Assembly: GCF_006345805.1 (NCBI RefSeq)
Contig: NC_042999.1
Span: 14,322,001 to 14,386,000 of the forward strand
DNA: 64,000 nucleotides
Direction: 5' to 3'
Origin: Octopus sinensis
Lineage: Eukaryota
Part shown: one piece after another, positions 24,822 through 38,700 of the stretch
How the letters are laid out: every line of letters begins with the position of its first letter
Position numbering within the stretch: the stretch's first letter is position 1
Program-made: the position numbers and the translations under genes
The notes under the pieces: generated by a model
Seen by the model: only the letters and a program-made list of their open reading frames with translations
Told to the model about the DNA's origin: nothing
Database searches by the model: none

Positions 24822-26360
24822 TATGTGTGTATAGATGTACGCCTTCAGACATACATACAAGCATGCATATATGTGCGTATGTATGCGTGTGCATGTGTGA
24901 ACATGTGTGTGTGTGTGCGTGTTTGAGTGTATATGTATAAGATACTTTCAAAGGGAACACATTTCTTGAGGCTGATCACAAAAACATAGAAAAACTAGGC
25001 AATATATTTAAAACACGAAATTGAACTTAACAATATAAGAAATATATATAAAAAAAAGTTTAAAAAATCGCTGTAAAAATACAAAAAAAAACCTTTTTTT
25101 TTTTCTCAGAAAGAACTGGAAAGCACTTTCATATATTGCATATATCTGACCCATATATATATAATTTCTTTCTTCTTCTTTTTTTTTTTTTTGTAATTAT
25201 ATGTAGATTTAAGCTGACTAGTGTGAATACATTTGCTGAGAAGAAAAAAAAAATCGTTAATTATATTGTTATTATCGGAAAACCGCTTTTTCCAGGGAGA
25301 TTGCGATTGTTAGTAAGACAGATACACAGAGATAATTCTATTACAGACTTTTTCCCCTTATATTTTTTATTATTGCTTCTATAATTTCACTATCACACCA
25401 CACACGAAATTACTCCCACGAGATACCTTTTACTCTCTGTTCTGCTCGAATATATTCGGTATTCTTGTAATAAGTTATAAGGTATTTTATCTGTGCTTTA
25501 TTAAGTCTCCGCACACACTCCAGCGTACGAATGTATGTCTGCAAGTAAGTATGTAAGTGCTCTGATCATCTGAGACACGCCATTGGCTATACGATGCGAC
25601 GTCATAGTTTGTGTATGTGAGGAAGGTCAGGTTTCGTTTAGTAGTTCCCGTACTGTGCGGGTCGCCAGTTCTGTAGATAGCATGACCCTCCGTATATACA
25701 GGTCGAGGAAACCAGCGGCATTTGTCCATTTCTTTTGACGCTTAACTTATGTTTTTTTATACACACATCTCACCGGACCAGATGGATTTTAGCCGTTGAA
25801 TATTGATATTTATTTATATTCTTCTACTTCGAGAGCGAACTTTCTTCGTTGTGTTGGTTGCAAGCGTGCATCTGAGTTCGCTTATTTTCACTTTGTCTAG
25901 ATTGCATTTATATATAATAATATACACATACATATGTACATATATATTTAAACATCAATATTTTTTATTTACAAATGCCTCATTGTGCTTAATCTGAAAT
26001 ATCTGTTTGAGAGCAGTTCTTTTTTAACCGGCGAACTACATTTATATACAATTTTATTATCCCACTTGTTGTTGTGTGTGCGTAAGGAAATATCAGCTGT
26101 TACTTTCTTTCATTCATATTGTTTCAAATCGAACTTGGTACCAAATTCGCTTCATAGTCAGCCATTACAGGAGTATTTCATGCGAAAATCCACAACCAAT
26201 TCTGTAAAGAACTGCTATATAGATAAAGTGTCTTTTTTATGTTTGAAGATATTGTAAAGAATATTGAAGAGTAAGCAAGTTGAATCACACGGCAGCGTAG
26301 CAACATTGGTGGTATATTTTTTTTCCGGAGGTAACCAACGACTAGAACTCACTGAAATTC

Positions 26361-26490
26361 GGGACTTTAAGCATGAGAACTTGGATTTTGACTACTCCAA
26401 CCGTAGCGCAGGGAATACCTTCTTGACGTGAGGAATTACAGGTTATTTTAAGTCATAACTGACAAAACCCGCACGGAGTTTATAAATAGG
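26361..26490 (+). promoter_or_regulatory. Putative core promoter of the TNF-like gene
   Basis: TATAAATA 26481-26488; kB-like GGGACTTTAA 26361, GGGAATACCT 26411 and AGGAATTACA 26431; CRE-like TGACGTGA 26424. Confidence 0.45.
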
Positions 26491-26870
26491 AGTGGAACCG
26501 ATACCATCGTGTTAAGCGGGAGAAAAAGCACACCGATTCCAAGTGCAGTTTTATGTGTTTATACTTGTGTTTTGCATGAATGTGTGTATGTATTTACATG
26601 TATGTAGATGAATATATCCGTTGAATACGAGTTTATGAGTTTCAGGGAACTACCGAAAATTACATATATATATATTTTTTTAAATTTGAGATAAAACATT
26701 CTAAGGGTAAACAACCTGGTGGCTACCAACTGGGATCTCATAGGTTGAAACGAAGGGTCGACACAGTGAAAATTGCCAGCACGGTTGATATAACAAAATA
26801 AAGAATTAAGGAAATAATTGAAAGAGTGAGAGAAAAAGTTGCGTGAAAGAGGTGTGATATAAAAAATAAA

Positions 26871-27287
26871 ATGATGTCGAACTTACCCGAGTTTGCCCCT
26901 CTTCAGAAGGGGCAACCTTCGAATGTTGAACATAAGCAACAAATGGATACGATTATGGAAGAACTAAAGGTGCTAAATAATAAGGTTCGTGCACTTTTCG
27001 TCTCGGTTTTAGTCGGCATCGTGGTGTTAATTATTGTTATAGCTGTACTATTCGTAAACTTCAATAGTGAACTTAAGAACCATTCTCATGCACCGAAGGT
27101 CGGGGAACAAATATCTAAAATGTTAAATCGCGAAAACGAGGAATTATGTGTTCCATGTGACAACCTGAGACTCGGTCCCAGTATCGAAGAAGACAGATTT
27201 TTGGACAAGCTTACAAGGAAAGATGATCCTAAAGGGGAGCAGTGTTGTGTTGAAAGTCCAAAACAGTTACTGGATATGCTCAATCTA
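26871..27287 (+). CDS. First coding exon of a type II transmembrane protein, probable TNF ligand superfamily member (TNF domain not in window)
   Basis: 139 non-repetitive codons from ATG in AAAATG context; short cytosolic N-terminus, TM helix ALFVSVLVGIVVLIIVIAVLFV, stalk with LCVPC...CC as I recall for molluscan TNFSF proteins; phase-0 GTAAGT donor at 27288. Confidence 0.75.
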
Positions 27288-27400
27288 GTAAGTCAATTTG
27301 TTTTAATATTTTATTATAAATCAAAGTAACCTTATTAAAACTATGTTGAGATTAACAACAACAACAATAACGACAACAAAAACAGGATCAATGACAAATG

Positions 27401-27433
<33 letters not shown>

Positions 27434-27523
27434 ATATAAAATTAATTAAGGGTAGAAATTGATATTTATCAATTAAAACCAGTGATCTAGCATATTAAAA
27501 AAGAATCCGAAGATTAAAATATT

Positions 27524-27735
27524 TATATATACCAATTAAGGACTGAACACGAAAAGTGGACAGTCAACATGCTAGATATAGACGTCAAATCGCCATTCTC
27601 CACAAAGATTATGTTCTCAAATCAAACTTTTGTGCTGAGTTTGATTTGAGAACATAATCTTGTGGAGAATGGCGATTTGACGTCTATATCTAGCATGTTG
27701 ACTGTCCACTTTTCGTGTTCAGTCCTTAATTGGTA

Positions 27736-27740
<5 letters not shown>
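27524..27740. repeat. Near-perfect ~105-bp inverted repeat in a (TA)n-flanked insertion
   Basis: 27524-27628 versus 27638-27740, 9-nt loop, one 1-nt indel seen. Confidence 0.9.
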
Positions 27741-27766
<26 letters not shown>

Positions 27767-27986
27767 TTATATATTATCATATATTATAATATCAATAGCA
27801 CAGTATCTAACGTGTTGTGGTTCCAAATTCTCATATTTGCTGTTTGCCAGATTCACTTCTCCTTTACATTGTTTGTTGATAACCAAGACTTAGCCGCGCG
27901 CGTGTGTACATACATAGCTTTGTGTTTACGTGTATGTATGACAGAATGTGTGTGTGTGAATGTGTACATGGGTACATCTGTTTATT

Positions 27987-28020
<34 letters not shown>

Positions 28021-28229
28021 GGAGTGTGTACATACGTATTTCTGTTTATGTGTGTATGACCGCGTACATATGTACCTCTGTGTGTGTGTGTAATTCAATG
28101 TGTTTGTGTGACTACCTACATACCTACCTCTGTATATTTATGTGTGATTGGGTATGCATGTATGAGTGTGTACATGTATGTGCTTGTAATTGTGTGCGTG
28201 CATGTTTGTGTGTGCAATCTGTGTATGCA

Positions 28230-28305
<76 letters not shown>

Positions 28306-30356
28306 CATCTACCTATCTATCTATCCATCTAACCATCTATCTATCTATCTATCCCCCTATCTACCTACCTATCTATCTATCTATCCATCCATCTAACCAT
28401 CTATCTATCTATCTATCTATCCATCTATCACAGCGTGAATATATGTACATAATGCGCGTGTGTGTGTGTTTGTGCCCATATATGTATGTATATGCGTGAG
28501 TGCGTGCACGCGAGGAGAAAGAAAGAAATTATTGACATTTCTGTGTTATAGTAAAGCAATCCTGCTACTATCAACAACATTGTGACAGATGGTGGGGGGT
28601 GCGGCGGTGAGCGAACCACTTGCAACGAACCGGTTTCGATATCTGTTTGTAATTGCTTTATTTCACTCACGTGCATCGCTAATTGCCCCAAAGAAAGATG
28701 TGAAACCAATACGACGTTGCCCAAACAATATCGACAACCCTGAAAAATCTGTGTTAAGCCTTTATGCTATTAAAACAAGCCAACTGCAAATAAGAGTTCC
28801 GTATATTTTTTCTATACACTAGCATATCATTCTGTTTATTATCTATCTAACTATCTATATTTCTGCATATCTGTGTGTGTGTGTGTATTTATTGCACACA
28901 CAAGTCTTACCCATAAAACATACATGCGTGTGTGTATATATTCAAACATAGTATAGTTATTCGCACATACTCTTTCTATATATTTTTCACAACTTCCCCA
29001 CCGTTGATTAGTTCTCTACTTTTTACTGCCGAATCTATCGTTTTATGTGTATTATTTTATATAAAACAACCACGCACATCAGTTGGTGTCTTCCGTATAC
29101 TATTCAATATAAAATATCTACTCACAATAGTGTTAAACGTTAAAGTTATTTTATACAAAAACATCTTCACACGCCAATAAACGTCGTTTGTGTGTACCAG
29201 CAGATATACAGACAAAAAAAATACACTACCCCACCCACCCATAACCCTGGGTGAGATAAAGCCGCTGAAGTATGATAAGTAATTAATTAATCTCAATTAG
29301 ATTGTCAAATAACCTGAAATGTATTTACAAGGGTGACAAACAAGTGCTTTTTATGTGTAAAAGTGATTAAGTTGTTTGGTTCGTATCGTCTCTGATCGAA
29401 TCGTCGACATTCTGGCTTTCCTATAATCAGAGATTTATTATTCATTCTAACAAAAACCAGTGCCGACTTTAAGCAATTGCCCGCGGGTACCCGCGGGGCT
29501 AGGGGTTCAATGCTAATCTGTTTATGTTGTTGTGTATGTAGGGGGCCTCCGTACTTTACTTTGCCGGGGATGGGGAGCGGCTATCATTCTGTTAAAATGG
29601 CCCTAGTTGTGGCCGCACACAGCTTTTTTTTTTTCAAGTACAGTCTTACTCTCGGTGTATGTTATCGACTGTCCCACTTTTTCTTTATTTTTTTATTTTT
29701 AATACGGTAGGATGTGATTTGAAGGTAATTTGGCCGCTATTTCCAGCTCGTCGTGCAACCACTTAAAGGCGCCCTCTTGTTAAGCAATGAACTGTAGACT
29801 AGTAAATCCCTGTGAAACCGAGAAGGTTGGCAGAAACGTAGAGTGACGGTCACTTAGTTACGGTCATCCTCCACTTTCTCAGTTCAAATCTCACCGGGAT
29901 CAACGTAGCGTTTTATCTTTGTAGGGTCGATAAACAATGCCGAGGGCCTCACTGGTCTAGGGGCCAGATTCTGATTTATTGTTGTCAATAGATGAATACA
30001 CTGGCCCTCAGTGCATTGAATTGCTTGGGGGCCTATAATGCCCCTAAGACGGCTCAGTCGATAAAATTGGAAAATACTGGGGTCGATTTATATTTTCTTA
30101 CGATGCATAATATGTTGTTTTTGTGTTTTAAATATTCCGGACTCTTTCTCATCCTATTCAAACACTTAAACATCTCCAGAGGAGATGCATGGCAACTATC
30201 AAAGTTGTTATTCTCCCCTCGCCGGTGTCTGAAATCGATAGAAATATTCGCCCATTGGCTGGAGGCCGATGACCGAGTCTATCACACAGCAGCATAAAAT
30301 ACACACACACAAACTGCTTTATATGTGTGCCTGTGTGAACTATATATTATAATATA

Positions 30357-30417
<61 letters not shown>

Positions 30418-30536
30418 ATATACATAATACATACATACACACACAAACATACACTCATATTGTGCATGTGTGTGTGTAGTAAGCAATAACAAAGCATAGT
30501 ATGATTTCAATATACTAGCACACACACACACACACA

Positions 30537-30755
30537 CGAGGGGTTGCTGAAAAGTTTTGGCTTTAAGGGTGCCGCGAAAGGCCTGGCTGGAGGCTCAGCC
30601 TTCCGAGGTCTTTTACAGGGCTTAGAAAAACTGAAGGACCACTGCAATAAGTGCGTGAATCTGAGAGAGGAATATGTTGGATGAAATCTTAATTAACTGA
30701 TCTCCCTGTATTTTCTTTCACCCGAAGCCAGGAACTTTTCCACCCCACCCCCTCG
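30537..30755 (+). mobile_element. Mariner-derived MITE
   Basis: CGAGGGG termini; GLEKLKDHCNKCVNLREEYVG relic. Confidence 0.8.
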
Positions 30756-31801
30756 TGTGTGTATATGTATATATATATATATATATATAAACACATACAC
30801 ACATTCGTATGCATGTATATTATGTTAGTGGTCTACCCTCGGTCTCGAGTACTCTTCCCTATGTTCGCATCTCTGACATACACAGACGCGAGTGCAATGA
30901 TGAGCTATCGGTATGATAAATGTATTTGATGAGGGCGGCCTGTACCGCTCTAATTCGTATGTGTGTGTGTGTGTGTGTGTTTTAAATATAGGGCATCATG
31001 AACAATGATGCTTCATGGGAAGACACATGCATCTGTACTATATAAGGGCTGGATTGAGGAGTGAAATAGGGACCTGCTTAGGGGATGTTTTACACGGCAT
31101 GTTATCATGCGCGCGCACATACATGCATATACACACGCATACACACGTATCAAGATGTGTTTTTTTTACAAATGTAACAGATATTTATGTAAAGGGCAGA
31201 CAAGGGTTTGTGAAAAAACAGCAGGAAGTGCATGGTGTGGGGGAAGAAACGCAGAGGTAATGCGAACACTTCCATCTCCCAGCATGCATGGCATCGTGGT
31301 TTGCATTCATGTGATGCTGGTGGCGTTTCCACAGCATGGTCGCATTGTTATTGTAGTTGGTTAGAGCAGAGGTATAATAAAAAGCATGTGACCATCCCAT
31401 CTTTTTCTTATTTGCAAAGGGACCTAGGACCACGTGGATTTTCATTTTATGGTAACGCTTGATTTGAAAGATATTTAGCTGCTAACTTTAGCAATTCGAT
31501 CTACTACGTAGGGCTTGCCTTAATGGTTTGGCTCTCTACATAGTCCCTGGGCTGTGGTGTAGCAGCAGTGTGTGTGTGGTGCCCGGAGTAACCCTTGAGT
31601 TTGTCAGTTTGTCGTCCTCCCTGCTTCCGGGTTCCCCAAACATATACAAGTTTATAGACGTAACCCATGAGTGCCGCCCACATCGTTCAGGGCGGGCCGC
31701 CCTACTCGTCTACCTCTAGTTACTCTACTGCGCCTGGACAAGTGTCTTTGTTTTCCTGCACAGACTTGAATTATTACAAGCTTTCTGAGTAGAACTGTGT
31801 T

Positions 31802-31879
<78 letters not shown>

Positions 31880-31913
31880 GACAGACTGATAGATAGACAG
31901 ACAGAGACAGACT

Positions 31914-31963
<50 letters not shown>

Positions 31964-31979
31964 CAGACAGAGACAGACT

Positions 31980-32017
<38 letters not shown>

Positions 32018-32196
32018 CAGAGAGACAGACTGATAGACAGATAGATAGATAGGTGTATATATATATATATAAAGACATAATTATATAGTGAAACTGTCCT
32101 ATGTGTCAAAGATTACATTGTGAAATGTAAGGCATTTGTAAGGCATTAAGGGTGTGATTTTCTATTCTACTTCCATTTCTACTTGGTTGAGTGACC

Positions 32197-32229
<33 letters not shown>

Positions 32230-32699
32230 GTGTGTACAATTTGCTTTATACAGTTCCTAACAATATTTATTTATGAAAATTTACTATGAGTTTTTAAAAT
32301 ATTGAATGGTTCTGAGGGTTTATCTGAGCAAAATAGGAATCAAAAAGGTTCATAGGTGAGAAATGGTTGAACCACTTCCTTCTCTGTATAAACACATCAT
32401 GTGTGTATTAGTGTGTGTGTCCCTTGTTTGTTAATAAATCTCATAACTTAGTGGTTGGAGAAATAGAGTTAAAATAAGTACCAGAATTTAAAATAGTGGG
32501 GTCAATTTGATTGACTATATCCTCAAAGGTGGTACCCTAGCTTGACTACAATCCAATGGCTTAAACCAGTAAAATAGTTTAAATATACAGGTCATTCAGC
32601 CAAGTAGAAATAGTAGCCATATTTCCTCCAAATCAAACCCTAATCCATTACAAAGGGCAAGACACATTTCACAATGTAATCTTTGATACATAGGACAGT

Positions 32700-32875
32700 T
32701 TCATTATATCCGGCCATCGGAAAAACACTCATGGATTTCCACCTTGGCATCCGAAACTCAGAGTTTTATCTTGGCTACCGAATAATTGTCACATATTATA
32801 TTTACAGATAAATTCCTCTATTTACATAATATTGAGGTCTCTTTCTTTCTTCTGTTATCTTACCATTTTTACCTA
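32700..32875 (+). mobile_element. Fragment of the Penelope-like family seen at 61821-62103 and 22692-22806
   Basis: Shared CATCCGAAACTCAGAGTTTTAT and downstream sequence; only the 3' half of the hammerhead. Confidence 0.6.
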
Positions 32876-33046
32876 TCATCATTCATTTATATATATATAT
32901 ATGTAAATCAATAAATAGTGGGGTTGTGTTGACCGCACGTGGAGAAATGATAGGCAAGGAAGAATTATAAAAAGGCAGAATGCTAAATTGAAAGAAAATT
33001 TTAATGAAAATGGGTGTATGGAAAATTTTGAAAAATTGATAAAATA

Positions 33047-33427
33047 TCATCATCATCATCATCATCATTTAGCGTCCGTTTAACATACTAGCATGGGTTG
33101 GACGGTTCAACTGGGGTCTGTGAAGCCGGAAGGCTTCATCAGGCCCAGTCAGATCTGGCAGTGTTTCTACGGCTGGATGCCTTTCCTAATGCCAACCACT
33201 CCGTGAGTGTAGTGGGTGCTTTTTACGTGCCACCCGCACAGGTGCCAGACAGAGCTGGCAAACGGCCACGAACGGATGGTGCTTTTACGTGCCACCGGCA
33301 CGGGGGCCAGGCGAGGCTGGCAATGGACACGAACGGATGGTGCTTTTACGTGCCACCGGCACGGGGGCCAGGCGAGGCTGGCAACGGACATGAACGGATG
33401 GTGCTTTTACGTGCCACCGGCACGGGT
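33047..33427 (-). mobile_element. Retroposon family E with (GAT)n tail and internal ~61-bp repeats
   Basis: GGCATTAGGAAAGGCATCCAGC-type body; relatives at 34121-34450, 51302-51714, 52855-53127 and 55198-55530. Confidence 0.75.
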
Positions 33428-33886
33428 GAAGTCTGCCTGCTTGTCTGTCTGTCCATCTACTGTCTATCTGTCTATCAGTCTGACTATTTATCGCTCCGTC
33501 TATCTATCCATCCATCATTCAATCTATCCATCCATCTATCTATTTCTGTATGTATAAGACAAATTGATTAGGCCGGAATGCTTTTGTTCATAGACGTCCT
33601 CAGTCAATGTTGACCTGGCCTAAACCGCAACAACAACCAAAACAACACACACACACACTCAAGTGTGAAAAAAATGAATCTCCAATAGTTTCAGTGATGA
33701 AGATTCAGTTGTTTGAATCACCTTCTCATTGGATCAGCATGTAAATGGCGGAATATTCTCCAGGCATGTGCTCCCTTAATGTAATGCACAGGTAGAATCA
33801 ACTTAACACAGCTGTTAACTGTAGATCATTAATGCATTGACACTTATATGTACAATACATATTTTATGCACTTTGTCTGTGTATGC

Positions 33887-33920
<34 letters not shown>

Positions 33921-34120
33921 ACTCCTTCCTTCTTTCTTTTCTTTCTTCCTGTCTTTATTTTTTTTCTCCCCCTAACCAAGCCTCCAAAAATTCACCACAT
34001 ACTTACAGACACATATATATATATACGCATACACATATAGACTCCAAATAACAAAAGCACATTCTCTTCTCAATTCAACTCCAGATTTGTCCAAACTTAC
34101 ATATATGTATATATATATAT

Positions 34121-34450
34121 CATCATCGTTTAACGTCCGTTTTCCGCGCTAGCACGGGTTGGACGGTTCGACCGGGGTCTGGGAAGCCAGGGCTGCATCA
34201 GGCCCAGTCTGATCTGGCAGTGTTTCTACAGCTGGATGCCCTTCCTAACGCCAACCACTCCGCGAGTGTAGTGGGTGCTTTTTACGTGCCACCTGCACAG
34301 GTGCCAGGGGGGTCTGGTATCGGCCACGATTGGTTGGTGCTTCTAACATGCCACCGGCACGGAAGCCAGCCAAGGCGGCACTGGCATCGGCCACATTCGG
34401 ATGGTGCCTTTTATGTGCCACTGGCACAGAAGCCAGTCGAGGCGGCACTG
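34121..34450 (-). mobile_element. Retroposon family E
   Basis: Colinear with 33047-33427. Confidence 0.75.
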
Positions 34451-35063
34451 ATATATATATAATAGGCATAAATTTTCTGTAAAAATATCATTCTTGATGA
34501 ATCTCTAAAATGAGGTGAACTAAATAAATAATTATCCAAAGTCCTACCTTCTTTTTCTTATATAAAATTTGTACACCACTTCAAACAATCTCTCTCTCCT
34601 TACATATAAATATATATAAATTCATGCCAGCATGAAAGATGGACATCAAACAATGATGATGATGATGATATATATATATATACATATATATATGTGTGTG
34701 TGTGTGTGTGTGTAGGGAAGGCTTGCCTGTGTGGTTAACAACTTTGTTTCCCATCCGTGTGTTTTTGGAAAGTATTTCAAATATACCCCTGACCCAATCT
34801 AATGTTTGTGAGTGGATTTAACTAAGTATAAAAACTAAAAGAAGCCCAAAATATTTATATAATCGTGTGTTTGTGTTTCTCTGTCTTGGCTTCATGTGAT
34901 AGTTGTAAACGAGTGTTACTATCATACAATGTTGTTCATGTCCAGCTGTGGTTAGAAACAAGTGTGGGTTAGTAGCAGCAAGAGCATCTAACTATAGAAT
35001 ATCAGTCTCAAGGAAGCCTATCTGATCCATGCAAGCATGGAGAAGTGATATTGGTGATATATG

Positions 35064-35121
<58 letters not shown>

Positions 35122-35229
35122 CTGTTGTGTCTGGGAAGAGTCATTTTCTTTTTGTGCCTTATCATTTAACACACTCACCAGTAAAATTATAAGGCACAAA
35201 AAGAAAATGACTCTTCCCAGACACAACAG
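35122..35229. repeat. Perfect 41-bp inverted repeat in a (TA)n-flanked insertion
   Basis: 35122-35162 versus 35189-35229; flank related to the 14405-14552 element. Confidence 0.9.
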
Positions 35230-35286
35230 AATATGCTTCAACACACGAACTCAAATAAAGAATCTTGCAAACCAAATCCAAAAGCG

Positions 35287-35325
<39 letters not shown>

Positions 35326-35361
35326 GTTTAAAGGGATCAAAGATCCTTCCCAACCCATAGG

Positions 35362-35805
35362 GACTTAATGTAGCTCCAGAAAAAAAAGTCCTTGGGAGTT
35401 AAATCTGGTGACTGTGGTGCCCATTCAATTGGCTCATGATGCCTGGAAAATGTTCATTCGGAAAATCATGAACCTGTAATGCATAATGGAGTTGAGCCCC
35501 ATCCTGCTGAAACCAGACAGGATTTCCCCTTCCAAGTGAATGCACGTGAGGCATCATCTTGTTGGCAAGAATGTCTAGATACGAATCACCTGTCACAGAG
35601 CACTCAAAATAAAATGGTCCAATTACTTGATGATGCCAAATCCCACACCACACCATTACCTTGCCCCCGCCTTGTTGATTATCTGTCTCCATCCGATGAG
35701 GATTGGTTTGTGAGTAATATCGGCAGCTGTGAAAAGAGATTAAAAAAAAGAGAATTTTAGCAATTTCACATATTGCAGAATGGTGCGTGACTTTATGGCC
35801 ACCCT
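35362..35805 (-). mobile_element. Deleted Tc1/mariner transposon, rosa/DD41D-like transposase fragment
   Basis: KVMVWCGI..IGPFYF..WFQQDGAQLH, then frameshifted WAPQSPDLTP.DFFFW; TIR-like AGGGTGGCCATAAAGTC. Confidence 0.75.
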
Positions 35806-36715
35806 TTTGATTTGAATTTCAGGGATGAGGAATTCTCATTATTTAAACACTGATATATATGGATTGAACCAGTGCCCTCAATTTGGTTGCTATAGTTACA
35901 ATGTTTTAGGGTTACTGTATCCTCCAGCATCCCTCAGGAATCTCTTCTATCTGGACCAAGCCTAAATAATAAACAAAAACAAATAAAACCCCACAAGCAT
36001 TTTGTTAAATAATATAATTCATATTATTTACATTTAAGCACCATTCCCATCAAAATAGTCATCTTCAGAACGTATTCGTGTTTCTTAATGTGTCTTCTAT
36101 ACTTCAAAAACATTGCTGTAGTTCTCTGCCTCGAGTCTGTCTAATGCCACCTGCGATTCTATTTAAACTTATTATCCATTATCTCAAAGCAATGTGCTTC
36201 TTGAACTTTAGTTTCATTCTAAGTAATCTGGTGAAGTGAAGATGCCACTGCTACTTTTGATCAAGTGTGAAGATACAAGGAATTGAACTCATAGCAGTGC
36301 ACTACATGTTTATGTTTTCTATAAGAATCTCAAAGCAGATTGTCTGCACACATATACATGCATGTGCATACATGCATGTGAACACACACACACAGAGGCA
36401 TGGCTGTGGGGTAAGAAGTTTGTCTACCAACCATATGGTTTCAGGTTCAGTCCTACTGTGTGGCACTTTGGATGAGTGTCTTGTGAGTGGATTTGGTAGG
36501 CAGAAACTAACTGACAGCAGTGTATCATATATTTATTTTATTTTATTTTATCTAGTTTCAGCTCACGAGCTGTGGCCATGCTGGGGCATTTATTTAAAAA
36601 AATTTTTTTACTTGTTTCAGTTATTAGACTGTGGTTATGTCTTGAAGAAGTTTTAGTCAAAAGAACTGACCCCCAGAACATTTTTTTTTTAAAGCCTGGT
36701 ACTTACTCTATTGTG

Positions 36716-37020
36716 GTGGCACAATGGCCCAGTGGTTAGGGCAGCGTACTCATGGTCGGAGAATCACGGTTTCGATTTACAGACTGGGCATTGTATGTGT
36801 TTATTGAGCGAAAACACCTAAAAGGTCCACGAGGCACCGGCAGGGGGTGGTGGCGACCCCTGTTGTACTCTTTCACCCCAACCTTCTCTCACTCTCTCTT
36901 CCTGTTTCTTGAATAACACTGCAATAGACTGGCATACTGTCCAGCTGGGGAGGAACACATATGCCATAGAAACCGGGCCCATGAGCCTGGTTAGGCTTGA
37001 AAAGGGCGCATAAGTAAATA
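36716..37020 (+). mobile_element. SINE family C, tail type 1
   Basis: tRNA head as at 10940; tail GACTGGC..GTCCAGCTGGGG..AAAAGGGCGCAT. Confidence 0.75.
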
Positions 37021-37106
37021 AAAACTTACTCTATTGGCCTCTCTTGCTGAACTGCTAAGTTACAAAGACATAAATACACCAACACCAGTTAAGTGGTGAT
37101 GGGACA

Positions 37107-37143
<37 letters not shown>

Positions 37144-37452
37144 CAGGCTTCTTTCAGTTTCCATTTACCAAATCTACTCTTAATGCTTTGGTCAGCCTGA
37201 AGCTATACTAGAAGACACTTACCAAAGTTGCCACACAATGGAACTGAAGTACTAGACTTAAAAAGAACAGAAAAAAAAGTACTGGGGGTGGCAGTGCTCC
37301 AGCATGGTTGAAGTCTAAGGACTGAAACAAGCAAAAGAAAAGATTAAAAAAAGATATGTACATGTATGTATACTTGCATGTGTGTGTATGTAAATGTGTA
37401 TAGGTATGTATAATTTTGTGTCTAAGCGCATATATGTATGTTTATGTGTGTT

Positions 37453-37497
<45 letters not shown>

Positions 37498-37601
37498 GCG
37501 GTGTGTATATATATATATTTGTGTGTATATATATATATATGTTTGTGCGTGTATTATATATATATATATATATTTGTGTGTATATATATATACGTTTGTG
37601 C

Positions 37602-37640
<39 letters not shown>

Positions 37641-38289
37641 TGTGTGTGTGTGTATATATATATATGTTTGTGTGCGTGTATATATATATATGTTTGTGTG
37701 CATGTATATATATATATATGTTTGTGTGTATGTATATATATATGTGTGATTTTGTGTGTATATATATATATATGTTTGTGTGTGTGTGTATATATATATA
37801 TATATGTGTATGTGTGTGTGTATGCATATGTGTATACACGAGTGTGGATTTATCTTGCGAATTTTGCACCTGCTGAGCAATTTGTTACTTTGCGACTTGA
37901 TTGCACATTATTGTGGAGGCTGAAAGCAAGTCTGTTCAGCAATTCATCATTTAATGTCATTGTAAATAATATTAGGATTTTGTGTATCACTGTACAATAG
38001 AACAGTCATCACATATAGAGTTTCACTTCAGCTTTTTTCATGGCAACTATCTTCAAGTAATAATGCTTCTGATATTCTAGAAAAAAAAAAAATTTTCTTA
38101 CAAAACAGAAGTGTATCAGAAAAATCAACAGTATCAACATGTGTGTGTGTGTATAAAATATATGTATGCATATCTATATATACATGTTTGTGTGTATGTG
38201 TATATTTGTGTGTATATCTATATATGTATATATATATAGATATGATGATATATATGCATGTGTGTGTGTATGTGTGTGCGTATGTATAC

Positions 38290-38339
<50 letters not shown>

Positions 38340-38341
<2 letters not shown>

Positions 38342-38492
38342 GTGGATGTGTGGTAAGTAGCTTGCTTACCAACCACATGGTTCTGAGTTCAGTCCCACTG
38401 CATGGCACCTTGGGCAAATATCATCTACTTTAGCCTTGGGCCGACCAAAACCTTGTGAGTGGATTTGGTAGATAGAAACTGAAAGAAGTATG

Positions 38493-38525
<33 letters not shown>

Positions 38526-38700
38526 TTGTGTGTGACAACCGATGCTGGTTCATTTACGTCCCCGTAACTTGGCAGTTCAGCAAAGGTAACTGATAGAATA
38601 AGTATTAGGCTTACAAAAAATAAGACCTGGGATCGATTTACTCGACTAAAGGCAGTGCTCCAGCATGGCCTGTCAAAATTTACTGAAACAAGTAAAAGAA
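38340..38700 (+). mobile_element. SINE family A
   Basis: Colinear with the family. Confidence 0.8.

Noticed and set aside
27288-27329. C-terminal VSQFVLIFYYKSK of the 152-aa ORF
   Set aside because: Read-through past a consensus GTAAGT donor into the intron.
29480-29497. Perfect 18-bp GC palindrome CCCGCGGGTACCCGCGGG
   Set aside because: Lies in a probable MITE relic (about 29460-29604); no evidence of separate function.
38010-38062. Hammerhead-like TTGAAGA...GAAAC on the minus strand (also CTGATGA at ~733 and ~63703)
   Set aside because: Stems cannot be formed.
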